Positions 14,466-27,047 of a stretch of 64,000 nt of DNA are shown piece after piece. Source of the stretch: Balanoglossus misakiensis (taxonomy: Eukaryota; Animalia; Hemichordata); the NCBI GenBank assembly GCA_040954595.2, contig CM082594.2:6147962-6211961 (forward strand), in the 5' to 3' direction. The translations under genes and the position numbers were made by a program. Below the pieces are notes generated by a model, which was not told the DNA's origin, made no database searches, and saw only the letters and a program-made list of their open reading frames with translations. Position 1 is the stretch's first letter. Every line of letters starts with the position of its first letter.

Positions 14466-16099
14466 TAAATGGAGGGGGAATATAATGCTCTATTCAGTCT
14501 CATCAATCCCTAAGGGGAATGGTCGTCTTTACCTGCTACATTTATGCTCAAAATAGCATATTTGTGGTGACGTGTGTGTGTTATTCGGTGACATGGAATC
14601 TGGTGTGCTGGTGCCAGGTAATTGTCTTAACCTGCCACTGACCTTTCAAATAAGCCTTTATGCCATAAGCAGGACATGATAGACACACAGTCAGAGCAAA
14701 GTCAATCGCCCCAATTTACACAGAATCTGGGATGAACCAATCACCGGTTGTTCAAACTACGAGATCATTGAGTCGTTTACCTGTCTAGGTTTATCAGGTC
14801 ACGGTCAAGCAGAAATATATACTATCTGACGTATCACAATACCTTTGGCAAATGTGCCAAGAATGAAAGGGGAGTATGCCTCTGTGAACATTAAAAATCG
14901 ACCATTGATGCCGCGGCCCTTTGAAGCGTCCATGTGGACGATAATTGACGTTATCGACGAATGTGCGTCTTCCCAGAGATTATAAGAAATTGACGGTATT
15001 TCTAACGGCAAGAAAACGCTTAGGTTATTAGGTGGTGCAGCGTCCCGTGCACTGAATATGAAAATGGGATGCACGCATGCGCCGGCAAAGGGCAATTTAC
15101 TTGAGTAATTTTGCTATGTACGCTGCTAACAGAGTACACAGCATTTCTGTCATGTTCCTGTAATTGCAGGTGCTTTGTTGGTCGCCCAAACTTGCGATCA
15201 TAATCTTGCCGTCAGCTACAGCGTTGCTGCGAAATAGGATGGAGTTCTGTTGTGTTTTTTTGCAATTTGCAGACTGTCTTTTCATCAGGCCTGTGGGTCC
15301 CGCAAAAGCTAGTCACCGCGCAGTTTGATAAACGAAATCACCTGAGGTCGGGAGTTCAGGTTAAAAATAATGACGCCACAATATGCTCGCAACAGTGGCG
15401 CTGCTTTACGCTATGTGCTTCATTTAATAAGCGATTGGGTGTCGCTTTAATGGAAACCAAATTGAGTCTGAATAAAAATGAAAGCAAACGTTGCCATATG
15501 CTATAGCCTTCGAGATCAAGTGAGGCCATGGCAATATGATTCTATGTTTCGGTCCCGCCAATCAGATTTTAGATGTGTCTTGATGTAAATGTGTTTAAAT
15601 ACAAAATTGGCATTTCCTGTATCAACTTACTGTGATGCTATATATACCTCTAGTACTTCATTGAACAACCTTGCAAACTGACATCTTGAAGTGAACAATA
15701 GGCACGAATATTGTACCAAGAGGTACAATAATCAAATTTACGAACCACAGTGATAAACATTCCTGTTAACCTTGAAAGTGTATTTCCCTCGGTGTGTAGT
15801 ACTGTTTTTTAATAACTATAAAGAGTAATGCCAGTGGTGGTTTTTCCCCCATCACGTTCTTGTTGGTTTACACACGTTTGCATCAGCCAGAAATCACATG
15901 TACAACATTCAAAGAGTCAATATTTCGCCGTTTCTTTCATATTAAGCGATAATAACTTAGGGATTTGACTTGAAGTATAAGAAAAAAAATGCGTAAACGC
16001 TTTGTTGAGATGCATCTTTGTCACGATCGGGAATATGGCTACGTGATACAGACAAAGGCGAGTATGAATTAACTCGGAGAGGTGTTCTCATCCCTAAGC

Positions 16100-16440
16100 G
16101 TGCTACTACTTCATATACCTGATGCGACGAGTTTGGCGACTAGCGCATTTTATTCCAGGGTACGCGTCTTAAATTGCATTCAACGGCACCTGGGGTGTTC
16201 TGCCTTTACTGGAAGATCTTACACACCTCAGTGTGTTTCAACACCCTCTTTGGGCAACATTGCAGATGTAGTTGACCCGAAAACAAGCAAACCAGTAGAT
16301 GTAATGTTCGATATATTCGATGCATTCAAGCGTGAGTTTTTTTGTTTCCAAGGGGAATAACGAGACTCCCAAGTTTTTCCAAATGCTGAAGGTCCACTGG
16401 CTAAACAAGTAGAAGTACAGGAGATAAATTAAAGATATTG
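16100..16440 (+). mobile_element. Possible highly decayed non-LTR retrotransposon (LINE, CR1/L2-like) reverse-transcriptase fragment
   Basis: Translation TSLATS...IQRHL..SAFTGRSYTPQCVS...NIADVVD...KPVDVMFDIFDAF, then in shifted frames RGIT and HWLNK*KYRR*I. This is collinear with the RT pattern ISLTS...HL...GFRxGRSxxTQL...DI...LD...VDVIFLDFxKAF...GI...WLxxRxQRVxI. Manual alignment only. Confidence 0.35.
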
Positions 16441-18255
16441 GTCATACTGAAAATATCTATTATATACCGTGATGAGAATAGAGGAAAAAAATGGATGGGA
16501 TCCCTATACATGCAGTGTGACAGAACTTTTAAATATGATAAACATGATCACACTTATGTCAGCCAGCAGTGGCCATTGTGCCCACACTGCAATGAAATAA
16601 CTCTCAGTTTGACTCCCTAGCATGCAGTTATAACAAGGAGGCTACATCTCTGCAGCTATGGATACGACCATAGAAGCATACCGGTATCTTCTCAGGCTGT
16701 GAGTGATGTTGGCACTTACAGATCATAGGTAAACACTGCGTCATACTGAACGCGTGATCGAATATCACATGCAATTGAATGGTTAAAAGTCTCGTCATAA
16801 CCGAGACTACATGTATTCCAAACAGCGCACCAGTAACACACGATCCGGATTCCTAAAATCGACCAACGGAAAGGTACTCCTGATTCAAAGCTTCGCGACA
16901 TGAAACATAAGTAGTCTGCGATTATATCCATATTTTTAAGCATCCGACACTGGATATCAGCGATGATTGGAATGTATGGATTACTCTATTCTCGGAAAAT
17001 GGTCGTGGAAATAACACTAGTACAATGACCTTTATCCTGCACATGAGAAACCTATACCTGCACCAGAGATTGTGAATCAACTCAGATGGGGAAAATAACA
17101 TTTCATTTGGCACAGTTTGGTATACGGATGCAATCATATAATTATAGAATTTTTATGACCAGTTGTCATTAAAATTCCTGTCACTACGCCGGGGAAAATA
17201 AATAAATACTGCGTATCTGTGGCAACCGATTTATTTCACATTTATCTCATATGAGTGTCATGGGACTAAGAGTAGAAGAGTCCTGGAGTGGACCGGGTGC
17301 CAGAATAAAATATAATACTTCCGTGGCTTTTAAGGACTTTATTTATATTGTCCTTGTCGCGGTTACTGTTTTCGTACACTTAGCTTAAAAGCTCAATAGT
17401 TATGTTGATATAGCAACGCATACATGAACTTTTTTCTCTTTCCATTATTGCCGTGTGTTATACATTCAATTGCAAAGGTTGTGCATTATTTTATCATCAT
17501 CAGGCTTCGTTGTTGTCCAAATAACCGGAAAATATGACATTTCTGTACCTGTTATTTATGTTATAACTTACACACTTAAACTATATCACAATTTGTTGTA
17601 CTCTGTCATTTTGTCGTCTCACCATAGCACGGAGTCGACACTTGTGGACAGGACAGAGACTGCGCACCACTCCCATCTGGATTAATCAACATCACTCGAC
17701 GAAACGTCGGCAATGAGCCGAGTGTTAAACGAAAGAGAATACCTCAATCAATTTCGCTCAGACTGGGAGATCAGCTTACTGTAGATCCGAAGATTTGAAT
17801 TGGCCATTTAATTTCTTTAAGTGTGACCGGCATTAACTGTCCAATATTTGTGCTCATGAGGGGTACCACACATAGTTGATAACAATAAAGCTAGTAAGAT
17901 AACTTGGCAATAGATGATGGAATATAAGAATTTTTCCAGATCTCAATACAAATCTGCTTCTAATCAGAAAGTGATAGCACTTAGTTCAAAGCCATCTATG
18001 GTTTCCTGTACGCGATTCGTTATAGCAGATAATTTTCTAAGTGGGTGGCGTCTTAATGGCTGTATACCAGCTGAGCCTTCTCATGCCAAAATGGCGCTAT
18101 TCCACTTGATTCACGAAATATTCCAAAACCAAGTTGTTTTTTTTCTTGTTGCTGTGGTTCAACATGTATGTTTGATGTATAAACTTTCGCCTGACAAAGA
18201 CTATATGTATGCCATTTCTGTGCTCAAATATATTCACAATTTTATGGCAGCATAA

Positions 18256-18313
18256 ATACATACACATACATACACTCATACACATACACATACACATACA
18301 TACATACATACAT
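18256..18313 (+). repeat. (ACAT)n / (ACATAC)n microsatellite
   Basis: Directly visible tandem run. Confidence 0.9.
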
Positions 18314-21300
18314 ATTATGTAAGTGCATATCCATGTTTCGGGAAAGGTTAAGAGAATCCGCATTAGGTAGTCAATGTCATTGCAGCAGACGTGCATGCTC
18401 GACTTTACGTCCACATGTTGTGTTTCCGTCTCAACTGCGATACTTTATATCAGCTTTTAATCGGAGTGTCTGCAATTCTTGTGCCTTGGCGGCACTTTGC
18501 GTCATACTGTCTTGCTGTCTCGCTGAGGGTGAGTGAGACCTTTTGCGGAACACACTCGACAATGGGGAAGAGCTGGAAAACGCCACTCCCCCGAATAATG
18601 AAACTCTATACGTCGCAGTGATGAAAGTAGCGAGGAAAGTAGAAATTGATGCGTTTCTCAGAAATACAAGCCATTCACAAAATTCTGGCAATGAGACATT
18701 CCAGTATCCAACTTTATCAAAAAGGAGACATAACCAGCATGAATAACTGTGACTCCGAGTTTGTAATCAGAATCAAATTAGGCTCTACATGTGATTTCCT
18801 GAGTTGCCAAGTCCTTTGACTAAATATGATTCGCCACTTTTAGAATATTCTCTGTTGATACAAAACGTGATGAAGTTGGCATTTCAATCATACTGGTGAA
18901 CATTCGTTTAATGATACTTAATTGGTGGTGTTTTACTACAGATGGCATTTAAACTTAATTCTAAATTACCCTTGAAAAATGTCGTTGACTTTTCGGTCTG
19001 AAGAACAGGTTGCATTCAAGGCAGCCAGTACATTGTACGTACCGAGTCTGCGAATTATCGATTCTTTTCCTACATCGAAAGACGGTGTTTGCGGCAGTAT
19101 GGGGTAAACGGTGTGTGTTTTGTGTCAGTGATTACATATGCGCATATATGACGTCAGTGGCTGTATGCTTTGGGCTTTGGCGCCTAGCGAATCATCTGTT
19201 CTCTCAACTGAAGCTGGAAATGGCCAGACCTGCCACTGGCGGGATTCCCGCGAGAGCTTGATGGCATTTACATTGATTTGGTATTGTACAATTGCCAATC
19301 AGCAATTGCGTATACACATGCATGGTTGCCATTTTGAATACGACAACCAAAAACATCAAAATTTCACTGCCTGTAGTGTTTCATTACCGGTATTGTTAAA
19401 GCAAGCAACACCTGGTCTGCGCACGAAATTCGAAAACAAATTCTAAGTAATTGTCTATTTTGTTTTTTTATGCCGTGCCACGAATTAAATGAAAGGTTCA
19501 AGCTTGTCTAACAGGTACCCTGCAGGATCAACCAGCTTTATGCAATTGACTTATCCATGTAAACATAGTAGCGCCGCCATGTTGAAAGTAGTCCTAACTA
19601 TATAGTCCCTATGAACAGACTGGTGAAGTGAACACCAATAAAACTTTGAAGTGCGTTGTTTTATAAAGCCCGACAGAAATGGGTTTGAAGCTGAGAAAAA
19701 ATAGGTCAATTATCAAAAGAGGCTTGATATTCAGCATGTAAATATAAAGTGCAATTTCCATTCAATTGACAGTACTACAGATTTGCTGTTAGGTATGCTG
19801 TCTTTATGACTTTTTTATGCCCTACCTTTCATGGGCTCACCAGGAGTGCTGTAAATATGGAGCAACCGTGTATTTAATATTGCTTTCAGTGACACTGTCT
19901 ATATTAATGCAGCTGGCTGTTGTATAGTCAAATGAGAGTGGCTGGTCTGAGGTTTATTCACCGTCCGTGTGAATACACAGATCATAGATAGAAAATTGGC
20001 ATTGTCTAAATGAGTTGTAATCACACACCCCAATTCTCTGGGTAGGAGACAGCCATTACACATAGAAACCTTAAACCAACAGTACCGTTAATTGTGTGTG
20101 CTGCTGAGTGGTAGCATGAAGAAAGAAACACGTATAGGATAACAACCCTTGAAAATGCTGCATCAGAATATATCCACCAAGAATCGGATGGCTTCTTTCT
20201 CTTCATTTTTTTGTAGTTAAACGTTTGCAAATTAGCCAAATCTAAAACTAACCAGAGAAATTGCTGTGGCTGCATGAAAGGGAACCGCTATCAAGTCTTG
20301 ATGCCGCGCGGCCAGTTTTGTGCTGTCCGTTAATAATCTGAGACTTAATTGTGTGCACGTGGCACAAGGTTACGCTGGCCTGCAAATTTCACGTACGAAA
20401 AGTGCCGGCAGCATGTTGCATTTAATGAAACCGTTACACACACAAAAAAGCGTGGCATTGGACCAGATTATCTTGCTTTCAATATCAAGACCATTGCAAT
20501 AATGAGTAAGATTTTCATACCTGCTAACTATTTTGCTCACTGGAGCAGATAGTAAAGTAAACTCACGCCTGAATAGCGTGAAGAAAACGGGTTTATGATG
20601 GCACCAGTTTGCGAGTGTCATTAATTTACTTTTGGTATTGTGATCATACAATCTGTTGCCATGGTTTTTCGCACTCAATGTGTAGGATGGGCTGTCTTGG
20701 TTACAAAGGATACCTTGAGCTCCGATATACATGTAAGTAGAATCCCTGTTCCCTTATCCCCTGTAAGAATTCTGCGTGCCCAAATATCAAAACGTCACGA
20801 AATGCATCATGACGTCACACCCATTCCGGACTACTGTGGATGAAGTGCTGTGCATTAAAATGAACTGTGGCCAAATTATGCATTGTATAAAGGGTACATC
20901 GTTTATCTACAGGCAAAGCCAACTCGATGAAACACACAGAAAGGTCTTATATTCAAACTTTACTAAGCCAGGTGGGTTTTACAAGCCAACCAGATGTTTT
21001 CTTGTCTAATTGTATTCTTCATAGAAAGCTTCGTGAAAGAATCTTACCCATGACGTCAATAGGCACTATTTACAACAGTTACTGTAACAGCATCTTTTTA
21101 CGTATCCTGCGATGGCACTGTCAGCCACCAGGCACTATGTAATCAGTGATATATACCATAGTATAAGTGTATAAACTGTAAGATCTCTTTAAAGAAAGAA
21201 TCACCTCTCTAATAAGGACTGTTCATGCAGTTTGATGCGAACGTCCGTCAGATGGCCTCAGGCGGGACATGAAGCTGGAGACACAGAGTCATTAAAGCTC

Positions 21301-21466
21301 TGCCATCCGCCCTAGAAGTATTCTTTGACTCCGTGGACTGGGATTCGGTACTAGCAAGGGGCATAAAGGAGAAACATAACTGCTGTGATGGTAGCGCTGA
21401 CTCATTCAGTTTAAGCACACCACATGGATACATAACTACATACATATGTATACGACAATTACGTAC

Positions 21467-21606
21467 GTATGTATGTACAGTGTATGTATGTATGTATGTA
21501 TGTATGTATGTATGTATGTATGTATGTATGTACATGTATGTATGTATGCATGTATGTATATATATGTATGTATGATATGTATGTATGTATGTATCTATGT
21601 ATGTAT
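21467..21606 (+). repeat. (TATG)n microsatellite, partly degenerate
   Basis: Directly visible. Source of the spurious MYVC-repeat ORFs. Confidence 0.95.
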
Positions 21607-24600
21607 AAACATGTGTCTACACGCGGCAAAGTCAGAAGCTGTCGCTATCTTTAGCACATAAGCCCTATTCTCAACTAATGATGGAACCCACTTTTCACCT
21701 CCTTGCGTACAGAATCAAAAATCACCTATGCGAGAAAGAGTAGTGGCGAACGTTCTGGAGGGGAAACATCAAGGAGGCTGTCTGAAAAGTGTGTGATGAT
21801 CAACAAGGCCGGGTCGCACCTTGATTGGTTTGTTTTCATGTCAGTCCACGTTTGGATGCAATGGATACACGTGGTACATCATTGTCTACATCTAAGAAGT
21901 TAAATTGCCTGCATGTTGATGCTGCAAGAAAATATAGTTTGTCATCAAGTTGTTTTCACTTACTGATTCATGAAGGCTGCATGGCAGTTGCTGTGCCTAT
22001 TTTTACTGTTCATCCAAGGACAATGCAATTGGGCATTAAGTTTTGGGTACAATTTTTTGAAGTAACTGCAAAGAGTACAAAATACTGAAATAAGATTATC
22101 AGGGGTCATCCAACATTTTCCGCGTCACCATCATCACCACAGATGCGTGCTTGAAATGGTTTTTAGCATGAGAATGAAAGGATACTCTGTCACGCACAGT
22201 TGCAATGATCCCCAGAGCTTACTCAGAAACCGAAATATAGCACCATCTATCGTCCAATGAAATGTGCGCATGTTGTAAAGTTACACTCCACGTGAGTTTT
22301 CCATAATACAAGCAATTATACGACAGAGTTTTTTAGACGTATTGAGTTGAGGCTGTACCATATTGGCATTAGCAGTCGCAGCTGATGTTTTCAGGTACCC
22401 CACAAACCATGCTAGAAACATTTGTCATTGTTTGTCTGTCCTCTGATCTGATAACAGTAAACGCTAATCTCGTTCCCGTTGGAACCACATTGCGGAGTAA
22501 AAATAATGCCTATTTCCATTTTCTGATTAACAAAACATTACTGTTTCATTATTCAAGCATTGTGACATTTACATCTAATGTAAGTCCTGTGCTGCATTTC
22601 AGGTTTTTGTAAAATGTCACATATTCTCTCACTTTGCCTCTCACAATGTTTACCCTTTGAAATTTACATTTGCTGTGCAGATACATTTTGATATTTGCCT
22701 CAACCACGCCGGCCATGCATGTATAGCTGCCCCCTTAGGCACTTTCGTGCTTGAGATTCCCCATAGAATATTCCAGGGAACTTTTGTGCACCTTCCAGAC
22801 AAATACGATTCATTCGACCGTAATAAATGTTTTTCCCCAATTGAGTATTCGTACCTGGTTGTCGTCACAACTCAAAAATATGTTCCCTGACATTATCACG
22901 ATGGTAGAGTCTGTAAAGAACGTCTTCAGTAATCGACTCGTTATAGATGAAAAATTCATATTATCACGCTGTGACTTTTTCTGTGTCAACGCAAATAAAA
23001 CCCATTCTCGCGTACACGATGACGGGCTGGTTTAGCTGATAGACTACAGGAGCAATAGGTACATGTCTGAATATCTACGTGTACTATGCATTTATTCTAA
23101 GACTTGTTTGTTTATGAGTAAATACTGCAAAGTGTCATGTGACAAGCGTCTTTCCTTTGAAAGCATCATGTGACGCATTTGGGTGTGAATCTTTATTAAA
23201 TCACGTGGTATTAATCGAGAAAAACACAGGTGAAACCTGTCTATCTTAAACAGTATAAGTCTTCATGGTAATGTAACAAAGACATTAAGCATTTACGTGT
23301 GTAAATCCAATCGCTCTACCTGAATATAATTCAGATTCGAGTCACGATCCAATGACTTCCCCTAAAAAGCCCAAAGTAAAAACTCTTGTTTTTGCAGAGC
23401 CAGATAATGGTATAATCACTTTTCTGATGAGCAATCAGTCTCAACCTGATGTGTGTGTTGCTATGGTAAATCGAAATGTTATCAAATAAATCGTCTGAAT
23501 TAATCCGGCAGCTGTTTTTGCAAAGTAAATTATTACAACACAGAGGTATTCTTATGTGGACGGGTGAGTTTATACATCTGTAGTTAATTTTGGTGAGTGA
23601 AGCTTAAGCCAGTCAAAATGATATAACAACTCATCCTTGACATATTTTTCAGAGTACTGTAATGTTCATGTATGGTACTGATTAAGAATGTATGGTATTA
23701 GGGAGACGTACATCGGTGAGTCGATGCCACACTTTCGAAACTAAGCACATCAAGGGGCGACACACTAGCTCCTACACGCAATATTTAAACTATATCAGTA
23801 GATTGAAAAGCGAGGAGAAATTCAACCGCAGGCGTGTGCGCCATGTCACTACTTTTATGGGAATGGTCTGTCGAGCTGAGTAAAGTGAAAATGCATCGAT
23901 GGATTTTATATGCGAATAAGGGTTTATATGTGAATATTATGGCACAGAATAAATATTTCCGCTATGACCTATTCACACGAATTTGTATAATGCATAACAA
24001 GATTCTCAGTGACATGCATCTTCCTATCCCGGGGATAGATTTCATTATCGAGATGATAAATATTCGTACCTGTTATTATTGAAAACTAAGTGTCCAGTAA
24101 TGATATAAATCCATAATAAATATTTCATACTATCAGTTTAGGTCATTGGTAAAACCTCCATCGGGAATATGGTTTTATGCTATATGAAAAAATACCGTAC
24201 ATGATAACATTATGATGGGTGCAAGCTATGGTTAATAGCATAACTACTAAACAGCCAAATTTGTTTCACCATCTAAGCCTACTTGGTTTAAATCCTGTGA
24301 CTTATATCCCAGACAAAGGGCCTGGGGAAAAGGATAGGCACGAATGTAGGTTGATTGAACAAGCCGACGAGCTTTTGGTGCATTTAGCACATTTTCCCGG
24401 AGCTAATTGTAACGTGTGATCATACAGATAAAAGCGTCGAGTACACATCACTGCTAATGCCTGCCATAGCTCTGAATGACACATTTAACTGGAGGCCTTA
24501 GTCAATATATATTAAATGACCGACCTTTCAGTGGCTATGGCGTGTTCACTCAGTGAACTGACTGTAAAAGCAGGCAGTAAGATTAGGGGAAACATTTGGT

Positions 24601-26922
24601 AATAAAACATGGTAAACTTAATTACCACAAATTCTCTTAAAACGGTGAGAAGCAGAGACACTACTATGACATGCAAATTAACACTTTCCAAACACAATTT
24701 TATACACAAAATGTTGTATCTTATTCATGAGCAGGCCAAAATGGTTACTTTTAGGAAGCTTTCGGTGCATCATTAATACTTAAAATGCAATTATCAGAAT
24801 GATCAGTTGACATGAAATTGAAGCGAGAAAAAATATTTTGCTATATATGTGCCTTAATCTAAATGCGAGAACATTAATTTTAACGAGCCAATATAACAAG
24901 AAACATTTTACTGAACCATTTAGGCGTAGCATTGACTTTTTATATATTTATGAGAGAATCTGAATGAAAGCCAAAAGATCCATTACGTGTGCGCATGCAC
25001 AGACACACACACACATATATACATGTATACATGTATCTTTGTGTGTGTTTATTGGCGATATACCTACATGCATTGAGCAATAATGTTCCTTTCCGTACGT
25101 AATAACAAAATTCGAAATTATTGTATTACATGTTTGGGATTATTCTGCACAGCTTCATACCTCAAAACAGATTATTCGGTCTAACTAAATTATTGTATTA
25201 TAATGACAAGTTTGAAAATTACTTTGCCTACGTATTTCGTGTGAAAGATTTCGGTACAAAATACATCTACATACAAAATCTCAGCACTCACTAGTGAAAT
25301 TGTATACAAGCAACTCATCAAAGTTTGTAGCACCGAATGAATCCCAGAGCAAATGATAATGATCAATGTGTCCTGTCTACCGTCACATCGCTATGAATAA
25401 TATCGCGATCACGTCATCAACTCGGCCCACTTCACGTATATAACTCCATACTCAGTGGAGAGAAATCCACCTCGATACAATCAGTTAAGTTCGATATCTG
25501 TCAATCTCCCAATCACCAGGTTTGCCAGATAAAGTGGCAATTAAGAAAGGGGAGACAATATTCAATCAATCAGGTGAGGGCATAAGTTGCGTGATCGGTT
25601 TACTAACCCTTTCATCATCGTCTCCCAAAAGCATTTAATTAAACAGCCATATACGTCCATCACTGACTGAGCTGACAAGGTGTTACACAGAAAAGCTGCA
25701 ACGCATCACGAATGTACTTAAATTTCTGCTCAAACGTTAATGCGCAGAAACACACCATGCTGTGAATGTCATTTTAAGTGAAAGGACATATGTCAACAGA
25801 TTACAGCATGTGATTCCTCCTATTGTTGTGTTTTATATGTTCACATTGATGTTAAATATCATTATTATCATTTATTGTCAGAAATCTAATTTAATTTATT
25901 AAACAAAAAACCGTATTTTATTTCTCAGAGATATTATACGTTATTGACGTCACTGATTTTTTTAGCTTGTTAAGTAATTTTTTTTTATATTATTGGCGAT
26001 ACCTGGATGATTATGGTCGTCCTCCGAGCCTGTGCATAGCCATTTACAGTGTGTTTACAAAGTAATTACTTAACATTGTCATTCAGTATATTTAAAGGCA
26101 TGTAACATTTTCTTTCTCGTACATGTATGTACACGTACGGATCAGTTGCTTGATTACTGCTATTGTATGATGAATTCAATTAACCTGAGCAAAATTGATA
26201 TCCTCTTGGGGTAAATGAATGGGCGATGCAAATATCTATTTGTTGCTTAGAAACTGTGGGTCTCTTTAGATGTGTATTGTCACAGTACACCATTATAGCT
26301 ATGCTCTAAATGGATTTTTCCAACAGGTATTAACATTACACGAAGCTGGAAAATTGCTTGTGAATCTCGTATTTCATAGAATACAATACAAATTCCCTGT
26401 ATTTCCAACAAAACCCATAGAATAAACCCCTCTCGGATCGAAAATAAGGAAAGCAGGAAACACTATAATATAAATTTACATTTAGTGTTCAATTCATAAA
26501 TGGAGATCTTCATATTTCAGATATCAGGTACTAATTTTAAAAACAGGTACTGAAACAGAAGATAAAAATTGAAATCGTGAATCAAGATTGTACTTCTCAA
26601 TAAAATATTCAACATTGATTTGCGATTATTTCTCTCAGTAAATTATCTGTTATGGTGCACATTTCTCTATCCCCTGGTTATTTTGACAATCATCCACCTC
26701 CTTCAATATCTTAATGTACTTGTTGAAAGGATATCGTTATAATCTGTTGGCTCAAAACCATCCGTAGTACATTGAATGCGTGGGAACGGTTAGGGTACTG
26801 ACATTAGAGAACATAATAGTCAGAAGTTCAACCGCATGTTTCTGTTAATGATATGGTGTTCAATGTTATATTCTGCAGTCTGGAATCGATAACAATTAGG
26901 GGTATGCTTAGTCAGTGGGACA

Positions 26923-27047
26923 CTCACTCATTCAGTCCGTCAGGCAGTCTGTCCGCCTGTCTTTCTGTCTGGGTCTGCCTATCTGACATTGTCTCTCCCT
27001 GACTCTCTCCGTAATGCTTACCTGTCTCCCTGCCTGCCTCCCTCCCT
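26923..27047 (+). repeat. Degenerate (CTCA/CTGT/CTCC)n low-complexity tetranucleotide tract
   Basis: Visible 4-nt periodicity with many substitutions. Confidence 0.55.

Noticed and set aside
21248-21661. ORFs with MYVC/HTYI repeats (also 18097-18414, 38370-38854 and 63697-63948)
   Set aside because: These are translations of TATG/CATA microsatellites.
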